64,000 bases of DNA from Antedon mediterranea (GCF_964355755.1 NC_092672.1:7378001-7442000); one strand, 5' to 3'. Numbered from the stretch's first letter, positions 24,201 through 37,069 are shown. Numbers and translations: made by a program. Notes: generated by a model from the sequence alone, not told the origin.

Positions 24201-27200
24201 GGTCAATCATTCATATAGAAAATAATAAATTTATTATTTTTATATTTATAATAAATAATCAAAATAATAAAAAAATTCTTTTTAATGAAAATTTATGCTT
24301 GTGTGTTTTAGATGCAACTTCGAGTAAAGAGCCTGCATCCATTTTGAGTCCATGGTCAAGATTTATCCGACCAATGGTCAGATGCCTTTTTGTAGGTAAG
24401 TAAGTTTATTTTTCCACACATAAAATTAAGCGCTTTCCACATGTGTGTTTTCTTTATCCACACGTAAAAAATGAATCCTAAAGTATTTTGTACGTCACAG
24501 TTGTTTTTATTGTTTTCTTTATTTTTTTACAGGTTACTTAAATATGGATGCTGTTTTATTTTGTTGGGACCAGTATATACTCTGTTTAGGTAGTCCAAAG
24601 TCAAGCCTTGTACACGCACTGACGGCATCAATCCTTCTAACACTGAGTAGAGAACTTAAAGAATGCCAATCGGTAAATTATTCCTGTATTTCTTAAGCTC
24701 TATCTACACTATCAGGGATGTCACCACGCTGGTCGGCGCTGGTCGGCCCCGACCAGCACTCAACATTTCCGACCAGGATTTACAGGCTGCCGACCACCAC
24801 TATTATTTATTAATCATTACGATATTTATATTAGGCCTAGGCCTAACTAAAATTCGTACTAAAACATTTTACCTAGCACATCGTCAAGCTAGCCTCATAT
24901 AGATAAGACAAAAGACTACAGCAAATGTTTCCGTGGTTACGTACGTTACTTTATTTGTAACACAATACCAGGCCTACCCTGCCCTGGTATTCATTGTTAC
25001 AGCTTGTGAGTCATGGCGAACAACGTGCTACACAGCACAGTGTACAAGTTTAAAGTTCACATAGCGACCATTCAAGCGTTTTATTTTGCACAGATTAAAA
25101 ATACAAACAAGTACGCAGTAATTAAAAATGTACAACTACATAGACCCAAACAAAATCATTTTTAATTGCTGAATGTTTTGTCACCCTGCTTTAATTATAT
25201 TATGTTACTAGTTTTACATTTTTGTACTCTACGAACTATTAAAAAAAATAAAAAAACATGCGCATGGTTCAGTGAGACCGGGCAAGTTCGTTCGTTTATG
25301 ATCGCCGAGCATGGTACAATAATTACACGTCCCTGGGATAACTTCAGGTTGCTGAACTTCAGTTAACCCATAAACACGTGTCTGTTCTTGCCGGCCATGC
25401 ACTACATGCTTGCCGCACAGTTGTGAAACAAAAAATCCGGAATTCGCGAATACGCTAAACAACTCTCGCGCAAAAGAACACGAACATTATATCGAGCAAC
25501 AAGTAGTAAGGTCTAGGCTAATAATTTATCTACAGTATTTGATTAGGGATTAGGCCTAAATAAGGAAGCGCCTGTTTTTGTGGAATTCAGATTTTGGGGC
25601 ATCTATCTAAGCCTTGGCTAGGCCTAGTGGTCGTAGTGTCTACAAGGCTAGGCCTATTAAAGCCTGACGCGATCTATTGCTATTCATTTCGTAGGCGTTT
25701 TTTTTGTTTTCGCGAATAATAACGGCGACTCCCCGGTGGTACAAGGTTAGGCCTAGACCTGACGCAATTTGTTGTTATTATTATTTTCATAATTCTTTAT
25801 GTTTCGCTAAAATAACGACAAACCCCGGGGGGGGGGGGATACCTCGGGGGACCCCTCCCCGGGAAATTTGCCGACCGGCACTCCAAAAAGCTGGTGACAT
25901 CCCTGCACTATCACTGACAAAAAATGTGGTGTGGCCATATATGGACGTGTTGATGTCATATTACTACCATATTTGGGCATATCCCTACCATATTTAAGTA
26001 CATAACACTTAACAGTTTTTTTGTCAAACTAGTTTGGCAGTGTAGATGTGCAATGTTACGAAGTCTGCATGCATAGTGTATACTATGTAGGATCTACAGT
26101 CATGAATGATTGTCTTCTTATGTATAGTAACAAATATGAATGTACTTAAAATAGTAACACCTGACTTTACTCTATAAAATGGTTTTACTGTACATGACAA
26201 ATTATCTCACTGTAATAGATACATGCATGTTTAACGATAGTACGGCAGCACATTGATTGAGCAATTCTTCAATACTTAATATTTTTTTCATATATTTTTA
26301 AAAGCTACAAGAAATGCAAGAAGTTTTGAAGTCAAAATCAAAGCAAATAAAGAAAGAAGAATTAATGTACAAGGTAATATCTATATAATTTTAATTTAAG
26401 ATTTCTATATATTTAAATAAAAACAACATTTGAGTAATTTTGCCATAACAGTAAATCTTTCAGCTCACAAATTATTCCCCCCATTCAACATTTAAACATT
26501 CATTATTTATATAATATAGATACAAAAGTATTTTTTGACTGAACTTAAAAAGGAGTTGACTGAAGATGAAACAAGCTTCCAGACATTTGATCCAACTCAT
26601 CAATGTAAGTATTTAATTGTATATGCCAGAAATCATTTTAGAATTTAAACAAAAGCAGAGTGCAATGAAAGAGTTGAACCTCCCTATAAGTATACACTTT
26701 TCATGAACCCAAGAGTGTCCGCTTAAAAGATGTCTAACCGATACATAATAGTATTTGTCTTATTTTCACAGCCACATTAGAACCTTTCAAAACATTAAAT
26801 TCTGCATCTCTGCCACAAACTGTTAATGCACAAGATAGACGCCTAGCTAGACAAGAACGAGAAGAAGCAAGGAAAAGGTGTGTACCACCTAATTGTTATT
26901 GTTAACATGACCTAATAAAGTGTCCCTTAATAGATGTTGTTGTAATGGTAAAGCTACTATTGCCCATCTTTCTTTTAACAAGAAAGTATTTCCTTAAAAA
27001 GGGTGTCCCTTGAATCTGGTGTTGGTCACATTGTCCCTGTTTCATTTCACAGGAAAGTGTACCCTTGATATGGGTGTCTTCGGTTTTACTATACTGTATT
27101 ATGTAAACAATAGCATATTACACATTTTCAGCCATTATACGCCAAACTTGTAATATACATTGTCATAGCCTTGCGGTTTTATTCTCTATTGAACCTTTAT

Positions 27201-28848
27201 AAATGTCAAAATTTGTTTTTGAAGTTCTTAAAGTTAGTGAAAATATTATTTAAGTTGTTATTGCAATGTTCATGCTTGTATCGCCTACTACTGTATTTGT
27301 ATGCCATGTTGGACAATGTTATCCCCAGTTGTCAATAAAAGATAACAGAATATGTATCTTACAAATGTTTGTCATTACAGAGAACTGGAAAAGAAAAATG
27401 AGAAAGAGAAGACACAGTTGGAGATGAAAAGTAGGAACGAACTACTGGAAAAAGTAGTAGAAGAAAAAAGGCAGACATATCTTGAAAGAGAAAATCAGCA
27501 ATTAGAAATGCTGCTTCAACAGGTAATACCTGTAGTTTACATAGTCACAATCGGTATATTCAATTTGGATATGTTTCAGTTGAGTACAGTAGAACGCTTA
27601 AAAGGATACCATTTTGGACCCAACAAACTGTCCCCTGAATAAGGGTTGACTGTAGTGTTAAAATATATAGTGTCTCTCATTTGTTTCATAAAAAATTGTC
27701 CCCTGAATTGGGGTGTCTCCTGAATAGGAAGGTGTTGTTCTACTGTATTTATTTAGTATTTTGAATGATGTTAGCAAACTATCTTTATACAGGAAAGGGA
27801 GCAAAAGCTTGATTTCGAGAGAAAAACACGTATAGAAATCGACCAACTGATGGAACGGCTAAGATCTTCCAGGAATTTAGATTCTCCCCCTCTTATACCG
27901 GAATCAAAAATTGAAACACCGTTTTTACCAAGATTATCACAAATCAGGTATTAACATTTTTTTCATCACTTTTCATTTAATGTGATGCCTTTTCTTATTG
28001 TGTTTCAGTTGGGGCCTGTCTATTTAACTCTTATTTGCAACTGCATTTTAATCTAAATTGTGTTTTATATTATCATTTATGATTACAGTCATCACCCTAT
28101 TAATCCACCTGTGTCGCCACTAAGCCGACACTCGACAGCAAAGCCAGACAAAGGTTTACAAGAAAGATCAGACGAACAGTTAGCAAAGAATACAAGCCTT
28201 GATATTATGCAGAAAGTCATGCAAAGTTTTAACAAAGGTAAGCCTACAATTAAATAATAACAGTCCCGTCCAATGACAATTGGTACTAAATGCTCTATAG
28301 AAATAATTATCATATTGTAATATATTGGTCAAAAAAACTGTTTGTGTACATGGACATTTTTATTTTATTCTTTTTCATCAAACAGCGTGAACGCCAAAAA
28401 AGGAGCGATAAAAAACAATCATTTAATCCTCAAATTCTAGAATATTATCCACGGATGGCAAATTTTGACTTCGGCATTGTCCGTGTACTCCATTGTCCAC
28501 TTCTTTCGTCACTGTTTATCATCCTGGCTTTTTCATACTGGATCAAGACGTATGCTAATATTTATTATTACCATATTTATTCAAATAAACACCTCGAATA
28601 AACATCCGGCCCCTCCCCCATAGAACATCATTTTGAACAAAGGTCCCCTCGAATATTCCTTCAGTTGTTACTGTGTGATTGGAATATATAAATGAATTAA
28701 CGAAAAAGTTATCTTTGCTAATTTAAAAACTGAAAGCCATTTTTAGTGTTTAATTCATGCTTTGCTTTTAAAACAAATATTGAATTCTGTGTGTAATGAA
28801 TTCTTTGCAGTTGCTAATGGCGACAGTGCAGTAGATGAAGCCAGTTAA
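21239..28848 (+). CDS. Uncharacterised 636-aa protein with degenerate TBC (Rab-GAP)-like domain and C-terminal coiled coil
   Basis: Phase-consistent GT-AG exons: 21239-21310, 21858-21996, 22125-22385, 22653-22787, 23269-23498, 23948-24053, 24312-24395, 24533-24672, 26305-26373, 26520-26604, 26772-26877, 27381-27522, 27793-27947, 28089-28237, 28811-28848 (1911 nt, open). TBC-like motifs PLRELSWKLYL, LKSVLSY, MVRCLFVGYLNMDAVLFCWDQYI; E/K/R/Q-rich helical tail. Last exon and family assignment are less certain. Confidence 0.8.
22401..22514. mobile_element. MITE family A, internally deleted
   Basis: ctgtctacactataaaact ... gtttgatagtgtggacagagc. Confidence 0.75.
22961..23135. mobile_element. Harbinger-like MITE (distinct family)
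   Basis: TAA|aggccaatttatacaga ... tctgtgtatattggcct|TTA. Confidence 0.65.
23733..23797. mobile_element. Tiny Harbinger-like MITE
   Basis: agggtctttcacac ... gtgtgaaagaacct imperfect TIRs around a ~35-bp GC-rich core. Confidence 0.5.
24713..25905. mobile_element. 1193-bp non-autonomous hAT-like element nested inside a family A MITE
   Basis: 14-bp TIR cagggatgtcacca / tggtgacatccctg; 6-bp TSD cactat (24707-24712, 25906-25911); subterminal ccgacc repeats; host MITE halves at 24695-24712 and 25906-26046. Confidence 0.88.
27584..27746. mobile_element. MITE family D (pogo-like) pieces
   Basis: tacagtagaac ... gttgactgta and tgtcccctgaattggggtgtc ... ttctactgta. Confidence 0.55.
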
Positions 28849-30858
28849 GGTCAAATAATAGTAGTGGTATCTCATTGTGATCACAATGCTGCTATGGTAC
28901 TCTCAGTCTACGAACAGAGGTGTGTGTTCGAATCAAATTTGAACACTTTTTTTTATTAACCCTTTAATTTAATTTAATTATGTCAGTGTAAAATTGAATA
29001 AAAAATATTGTTATTTGTCTTTAAGTTTTAGTACACCTAAAATGCATTCTAGCAGATTTAAATTGTTAAATAATATTGTAAATATTTACATACTTTTAGT
29101 AATTTAAGATAGATATTTATTTATGTATTTGATATTATTATCTAGGTTTATTATATATTATATCATAATGTTATCTGGCCTTTAATTAAATTATGAGATC
29201 AAAAATCGACTAGAATGTTGTTTTATAAACACTATTTAGTATTAAATATTGTTATATACTACTTAATTAGCTTAGGACTTATTGATAATTATTATTGACT
29301 TATAATTGAACTACATTTGACTAATTGGGCTGTTAGTGCAGCAGTCAGTCACAATATTTCATTTTCTTGGCTAATCGGCAATTCGCTGCAAACTGAGATT
29401 TTGCAATCTCTGGCAGTCGCGGCATAATGGGATTTGGAAATATCTGGGAGTTGCAGCAAACTTGAGATTCCGCAAATTGATTAGATACCCCTTGACTAGG
29501 TGAAAAACGTTGAACGTGGGTCTCTCTTTCCAGCACAATTAGTGTACTAACATTTAAAGCAGATATTTTACACAATCCTAATCTTTGTGCACCTTAGCCT
29601 GCAGCTTATGACGTTGACCTATTTCAGCATAAATCCATTTTCTGCAAGTTTTCTCTAAACTTCTTTTTATTAGATGAGGTCAAAGCCAAGTCAAAAAACA
29701 TGCGTGATACTGTGAAAGAAAGGATACCTGCGTATGAACCAGTTTGGCGAACCACCAGGTATAAAAACACAGAACAGCAGCAAATATCTATTGTTCTGTC
29801 TATTTAATAAACATTAAACTTAAGTTACTACATTAAAAGTAGACAAAAAAGTCACATAAAAGGATACATTTTACCCATATATAGTAGTATGTGCAAAATA
29901 TTGTATGTAGTAAACATTAATGCTAAATTGCATTAAATGCACAAAAAAACATCACAAAAAAAGTTCACATTTTAAACCAAAACCCTGTAGTCAAGTAAAA
30001 TTCTATAAAATGTTAACGCAATAAATATGTACATTACAGTGTATATTGTATAAACCATGAGTCACAGAAAGAATTAAAATCCCTGTTTAGAAAATGCTGT
30101 TAGTACTGTAAATATAATAATTAACTTATTAATAAAAGTATTAGAATAGGTAACCATACTACCATGCAAAATGTACTGTATTTACATTTTTTTTTATATT
30201 GGAAAATTGCATTGACTTTGCCTGCATTTCCCAATATTAAACTACATTTAATATAGGAAAATTATATATTTTTCTATTTACTATACATTTACAGGCATAT
30301 AAAAACTCTAAACTGCCCAGTGTTATTGGGTATAATATACATATACTATAATTACCAAGATTAAGTTTTTCCCCAATAGAATAGAATAGAATGTATTGTA
30401 CTTAAATTACTAACTTTTACTTGTTAAACTTTAACTACCATAATATTGAAAGCAAATACTTCCATTTAATTGTATTTTAGCAGATTTGAATGTAGTAGCA
30501 GACAAATAATATATAAACACAAAATAGCAGATAGGACATCATACCAGGGACTCTTCCCTGATCATACTAATGGCGGATATGACATCATAGTCCACACAAA
30601 AGGATAGGCTCCTATTTTTTAGAACCGACATATATACCATTGGCTATTAAACAAAATTTGATTATAATATGCTTGATGAATACCCCATTTTTAATTTGTC
30701 TATTGTTTTACCATAAATATCAGCCTGTGATAAGGTATCAGACAATGTAAACCACTCTGGACAATAACCACCAATTTTGGACTGTACCATTGTTAGAGTG
30801 GGGTGGTTGGTGTTGCTCTCGCTCTACAATGGAGTGTGGTGTGTGGTGTCCTTCATTC

Positions 30859-33800
30859 TTAGAAAATCCTCTTTCTTAATGCCTGTGACAACATTTTCTT
30901 CTCCTTGTCTAGCCTTGCAAATACAGACTTGTTTTCAATGGCTCGACGCGACATGTTTGGCATTACATCCTCTATTGACCCACATGGGACGGACTTGTGG
31001 ATTAGATATCCAGCCTTGCCTGTAAAACAGAATATAAATACACTAATGTAAAAAATGGTATAATCAATATTAAAACACTAATGTAAAGCTCCCTGCTGTA
31101 AATTGGTAAAGTTAGGGTTAAGTATAGTATGTGTAAAAAGGAAGTACTCTAAATTTAAAAAAAAATTGAAATTAAAACAAAAAGATTTGTTTCACAATGA
31201 AATGTATACAAACAACAATATATGTTTCACAATGAAATGCATATAATAAACAATATTATATTTTTCACAATGGAATGCATAAAAATAAAAAATATGAAAT
31301 GCATAACAAACAAAAGATAACCTTCACAATAGAATGCATAAAAACAAAAGATGGCATATTGTTGTTTACCTAGGCTGTAGGAGACATGATCACACATGCC
31401 CATTAACTGTCCAAAATACACCTTGCCCGATTTCTTTTCAATGCCTTCTTTCTTCATCCTGAAAATATAGTATAGTATTTTGTTCTCTACTACTGTATAC
31501 TATTATCAAATAGGAGGTGTTCATTAATAGGATTTCTACTGTATTTAAAGGCTCTGTCTACACTATCAAACTAGTTTAAAAAGTTTGATGTTCCAAGATA
31601 TGGTAGTGATATGATGTGTGTCCATGCATTTTTGTCACAAAGTTTTATAGTGTAGACAGAGCTGATGCAAAACATATCAAAAATGATAACTTACTTTGCA
31701 ACAACCCTCTTAACAGATTTTTCATTGTGTGTGGCAAACATAGTGATGTATTTTCCATTCAGTGAATTTCTGATCTGGTTAAAGGCATAGTCCATACACT
31801 TGTTATATGACAAATTGGTTTTCTCATAAGAGTCATTGGTTGGAGCTGTACAAAAAAATTAAATCATCAGTTCATCTGACCTATTGGAAGACTAAAAATA
31901 CTTTTTTTATATAATATTTTTTTTTTTTGCTTTCTAACAAATATGTAGTGACACTGACAGTAGAAATGGTTTAATTTGGGCTATTTATGTGGTTTTAAAT
32001 ACTTTAAAATAAGACAAGGTCATTTTATTTGACTTAAATTTAAGGCGCACTCATGTAAGATAAATTCTAAAATAGAATGAAAGAATAACATAGCAAGTAG
32101 GTATAACATGCAAAACAATGCTGTTAATAGTAATTATGATTATACATACAGATAAAACCCTAATTATCAACCCCTTCAAGACGCAACAAAATGTCCATTG
32201 AATGTGGATTGGCCTTGGTAATGAAACTAAATTAAATAAAACATATTTCCTCTTGTTTTGTAGGAAAGTGTATAATTTAGAGGTGTTCTACTGTGTATTT
32301 AATTTTACCTTGAAAACCATTTTTCAATGCTAGGGCCTTTTCAGTTTCCAAGTAAGCACCTCTAACAAGTTTAAATCCAAAACCAAAGTTTTCCTTCTTG
32401 GCCAGTTCACCATCCTTACACAAGTTGTTGAAAGTTTCTTTCAGTAATGCTTGGTACGTGCCCCATACGTATGTTTTCTTGTGGTTGAACTTTGACATCA
32501 TGGCAAACGTGATCATTGCCATTGTGGAGCAGTTACTATAGTATTCTGCGTCCACCAAAAACACAAAGTCACAGTCAACAGATTTCTGAGGGAAAGAAAA
32601 ACCCAAAACAAAATGAACATAAAAGTACAATACAAAAGTAATACAATTCAACAAACATTTTTAATTGTTATTATTCTATTAAGCTGGCCAAGATATTACA
32701 ATTGGCCTTGTTAAGAATTCCCTACAAAATAATAAAAATTGGTTTAATTGACAAAACACAAAAGAAACTAATTTTAAAAGAAAAAAATTTTAATCAGGAT
32801 TCCATAGTTTTGGGATTTGAGGTCATAAACTATATTCTTACCTGGGCTACTTTGTTAATTCTCTGTAGTGCAGCTGCCAATGCCTCGTTCTCTGCTGCAG
32901 TAAGCTCAGGAATTGGCTGTCCATACAAGAAAAAGATTTTTCTTTTATGATATTGAGTTAATATAAGAGTTTTACAGAAATTGTAACACATACAGCGATA
33001 ATGCTGATATAAATAATAATCTGGAATTGTAGAGGTGACAAAATAAAATTATAGAATCATTACTGTTGAAGCACATAATAATGTAGCAGTGAAGATGCAG
33101 GTATAGAAACAGGATAAAATCATGGAAGAGATATCACTAAATACTGTAAGATACTTATTCGTTTACAAACCGAGTATGAATGATGAGTTGTTGACCCAAA
33201 ATCACAGTAGAATAAATTATACCGATACCGAAAAAGAACATTGCTCAGCATTTAAACAGGTTATTTTTGGAAGCAGTCAACCAGATCCACATAGAGGAAA
33301 TCCATGGATGTGATTGGACGGTTAGAATATTATTATAAAGGCCTAGCTGTCTTTACCTGGAGATTGCCATCAAGACCTTGTGCAAAATTCTTATAGTTAA
33401 CCAGACTGTCATTATCAAAATTTCGTCCATTTTTCTTTAGAACAACTTCCAATTTATCCTGTAAAATAAATTAAATACAGTACAGTAATTTGTTTACATA
33501 TTTATAACTATCAATAGTTTAATTTGGGTGACTTTCTGGCAGTACTTAAAATAAATATACTAAGTCTTACCAACAATTCTGTATCAATAAAGCTGGATAA
33601 CTTTATTTGTGAGATTACTTGCTGTGATGTATCACAATGTGTGGTTTGAAGATTAATACACTCTAATACTCCATCAGCATTTGTATTATACCATTGCTCC
33701 TTATCACTAAAAATCAAATTATTAAATCATTTGAGATACTGTGGAAGTAGGATGGTTAGAGCATGGAGGAATTAAATAAATCCTCCATAGAGGATACTGG

Positions 33801-35447
33801 GGAAGCAGGTTCTTGGATTGGATACAGGACAATACTGGGGACATAGGTCCCTGGATTGAGTACAGGACAATACTGGGGAAGCAGGTCCCTGGATTGGGTA
33901 CAGGACAATACTGGGGAAGCAGGTCCCTGGATTGGGTACAGGACAATACTGGGGACGTAGGTCCCTGGATTGGATACAGGACAATACTGGGGACATAGGT
34001 CCCTGGATTGGGTACATTACAATACTGGGGAAGCAGGTCCCTAGATTGGGTACAGGACAATACTAAGGAAGCAGGTTCCTCCTGGATTGAGTACAGGATG
34101 ATACTGGGGAAGCAGGTCCCTGGATTGGGTACAGGACGATACTGAAAAAGCAGGTCCCTAGATTGGGTACAGGACAATACAGGGGAGCAGGTTCCTGGAT
34201 TCCGATTGGGTACAGGGCGATACTGGAGTAGCAGGTCCCTGGATTGGGTACAGGATGATACTGGAGAAGCAGGTTCCTGGATTGGGTGCAGGTCCCTGGA
34301 TTGGGTACAGGACGATACTGGGAAAGCAGGTCCCTGGATTGGGTACGTGACAATAAAGGGGAGCAGGTCCCTGGATTGGGTACAGGAGCTAATTGGAAAG
34401 CAGGTCCCTGGATTGGGTACAGGATATTAGGGAAGCAGGTCCCTGGACTGGTTGTATTATTTACCTGCAACCTGATGAGTCCTCAGCTGTAATGTGCAGC
34501 ATTGATCCAATTTGAGCAGATGAAAGACGGGCAACAGTTTTACCTATTTCTTCTGATGTTTCTCCTGAGACAAATTGACTATAGAAGGTAGCCTTCATTA
34601 CTGAAGAAAACAGTCTTTTACCGAGAATTCCTTGTCCAATTTTCCATAGCTGTAAAAACAGTGGTGTCAATTTGATAGTTATTGATTTATTAAAAGTTGT
34701 TGATTTATTAAAAGTTGTTGATTTGGAATAAAAACAAATGTATACAATAACATTTAAAAACAAAAATGTAAACAAAAATGAAAATAAGGATTGACCTTAT
34801 TAAAATCCATTATTTTTTTACTTAAAGATGTATTGTCCCCCAAAAACATGAAAAATTAAGATTTATAAAATCAGACTTTAAATAGGCCATTTTGTAGTTT
34901 AATCAAGTTATTTACTTCTGTAATTAAAAAAAAATCTATTTGAGGCAAAAAAAAAACCCCAAAAAATGGTTTTTCAACAAAGTTTCTATTTTTATTTATT
35001 ATATTAATATAAAATTAAAATATAGAAAGAAAAGTATAATTAACATACCTTCAATGCATTATTTACGAAAACATTGTAGCTGCAGATTCGCAAAATAAGC
35101 ATAGCTCTAAGCAGTTCGAGGTTACTTTGATTTGCAAATGCTTTTTCTGCATTTTCAAAATCAAGTTCTGCATGTGTGGCCTCATCTTCGTAGCCTAATC
35201 CCAGTGTAGACTTTATATCTACATCATTTGACCATGGACGATCTGGCCACTGAGCACTACCGGAAACGCCACCGAAATGATCTGTTACCGTGTCCGATTT
35301 ATTGACGCTGTCCATATTGCTGCTATACCCATATTTGGGTGTATGCCAAGTAGTTAAAATCCACGGGTATTTCTGCTTTATCAGCCTGTTGTTATCGCGA
35401 CTGATGAGTAAACGACGAAAACCTGTAATGAATCGAATTTGATTCAT
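30859..35447 (-). CDS. PRODH2: Mitochondrial proline/hydroxyproline dehydrogenase, PRODH2-like, 524 aa
   Basis: Exons (minus): 35447-35049, 34649-34465, 33706-33571, 33458-33357, 32916-32842, 32585-32309, 31845-31695, 31458-31370, 31019-30859 (1575 nt, open). Arg-rich presequence-like N-terminus, KATFYSQFVSGET, QIKLS, VDAEY, TYQA, FKLVRGAY, FATHN, FGQLMGMCDHVS, HKSVP, SRRAIEN. DAEY and KS(V)P resemble PRODH2 rather than PRODH1; orthology needs a tree. Confidence 0.88.
31547..31664. mobile_element. MITE family A, internally deleted
   Basis: gctctgtctacactatcaaact ... atagtgtagacagagc. Confidence 0.8.
33790..34448. repeat. 38-bp G-rich minisatellite (~17 units) filling PRODH2-like intron 2
   Basis: Unit approximately gtccctggattgggtacaggacaatactggggaagcag; explains the spurious overlapping repetitive ORFs at 33722-34492. 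Confidence 0.95.
34822..34985. mobile_element. MITE family B (Kolobok-like), partial
   Basis: TTAA|agatgtattgtcccccaaaaacatgaaaaattaag. Confidence 0.7.
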
Positions 35448-36783
35448 GATGGCTGCTCTGCAATAAGTTATAATATTAATAATAGTAGTATACTCTGAAT
35501 ACAGAGAATCCCTGTAAACAAGACATCAACAAAACAGTGGCGTATATTACCTACTACAACCAGAAATTTCCAGTTCTCGCCACACTCATTGTGGTCATTG
35601 TTTACTACAATATTTACTACTGTGCTTACTCAAGCGTAAACTTCAAAACATTGTTATCTTATGAAGTGCGCCTTCAATAGCTGCTTGCATAATAGACGAG
35701 TTTATAATATACAGTATATATAAGTGTAACGTTTGTTTATTTAGTGCGTGATATGTTGTTTATGTACGTTACTCTTTGGGTGTGGACCAGCGTAATCCCG
35801 CCGTTATAATGAACGTACTTGCAATACAATAGTTTCGTTTAGTTATTCATTTTTCTTTATTTGATGTATTTAGAGTATACTATTTATGCTATTACTAAGT
35901 AACAAATTTAAAACCGTATCGGTCCGTTTAGAAGTATATATTGAGAGCTTGCTGAATGAATATAGGCCTAAACTAGAGTGGGCCTAGCGTTTTGAATTTA
36001 AACGATACACTATTTAGGTAGACAAATACATTATTGTTGTTAGATTTGATTTCGAAATTCTGAGCCGTTTACGTATGTTCTACAAACGTCGAAAAGTGTC
36101 GGAAAATTGAAAGAAGGTTAGGACTCGGATGATGACTTTTATTGAAATTGGCTACTTTTCGAGATGCGCTTTTTTCAAGAACGTCTGACAATTAACGGTA
36201 ACAGGGTTCAAGTTCTTTTCGTAATCAATACTGTCAATTTGGTGACTTCTATTGCAATATTATAAACTTTCGGAGCTATAAATTCTGTTCTCTATAAACC
36301 AAATGAAAAGCATTAAAAGGCCTCGAGATAGATAGGCTTTTTTTCATGATTACTTTGACTAACTTATAATGAGAGGGGCTTAATTCTTTCGAAATGTCGA
36401 GGGGTTATTAAAGGCATACATGTTGAAAATAATACCTTTGGTGTCTTTAATTAATCACTAAAATTTCTATGTGTAATTAATATCGAAACAATCGTTTATT
36501 TTAGAAACAAATTCATCTAAAAATCAAACCCCGGTCAATGTAGGTAGGTTATGTCATGTTGCTACTACCAGTACCAGTCCTTATTCTTTTGTCAACATAT
36601 CCTGCTTCCGGACAGGAAATAACAATTTGAGGGCAGCACACAGGAAGACTTTATATAAGCAAGTCATTTTGTCTCAAGTGGTCCGTTTTAACCTAGTCTC
36701 CCCTATTGTTTTATTATTATTCTTTAGTTAAAGCGATAAATAGTTGGTTCGATTTTATTTAAATACAATACTTTGGCTCTGAT

Positions 36784-36808
36784 CAAAGATAGTGCCACAC
36801 TATCTTTG
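36784..36808. mobile_element. 25-bp P-element-like micro-element or footprint
   Basis: caaagatagtg-cca-cactatctttg (11-bp arms) flanked by the 7-bp direct repeat ctctgat (36777-36783, 36809-36815). Confidence 0.65.
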
Positions 36809-37069
36809 CTCTGATGCTGGCGCCCTCAACACCTGTTGATCTATGAACAACTTTTAATCGATCACCCAGTTAAATTTTGACTTCGCTCGCGTAATAAACT
36901 CAGATTGCATACAGCCGACTCAACAACGGACAGCACAGAATTCTAATTAGTATTACCGTATTACTATTACTATTTAGACTGCGATTTTATAGACGTACAA
37001 GGTACAGTACTAAGAATCTTTTTTACTAGTGTGGTTGGTTAATCTGTCAAATATTTATTTAGGTCATTT

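Noticed and set aside
33722-34492. Several overlapping repetitive ORFs and a CRISPR-like periodic look
   Set aside because: Products of the 38-bp minisatellite; no unique spacers, no cas genes, eukaryotic intron.
35395-35435. Hammerhead-like core CTGATGA-GT..AC-GAAA on the plus strand
   Set aside because: Helices I and III cannot form; it is the antisense of PRODH2-like coding sequence.
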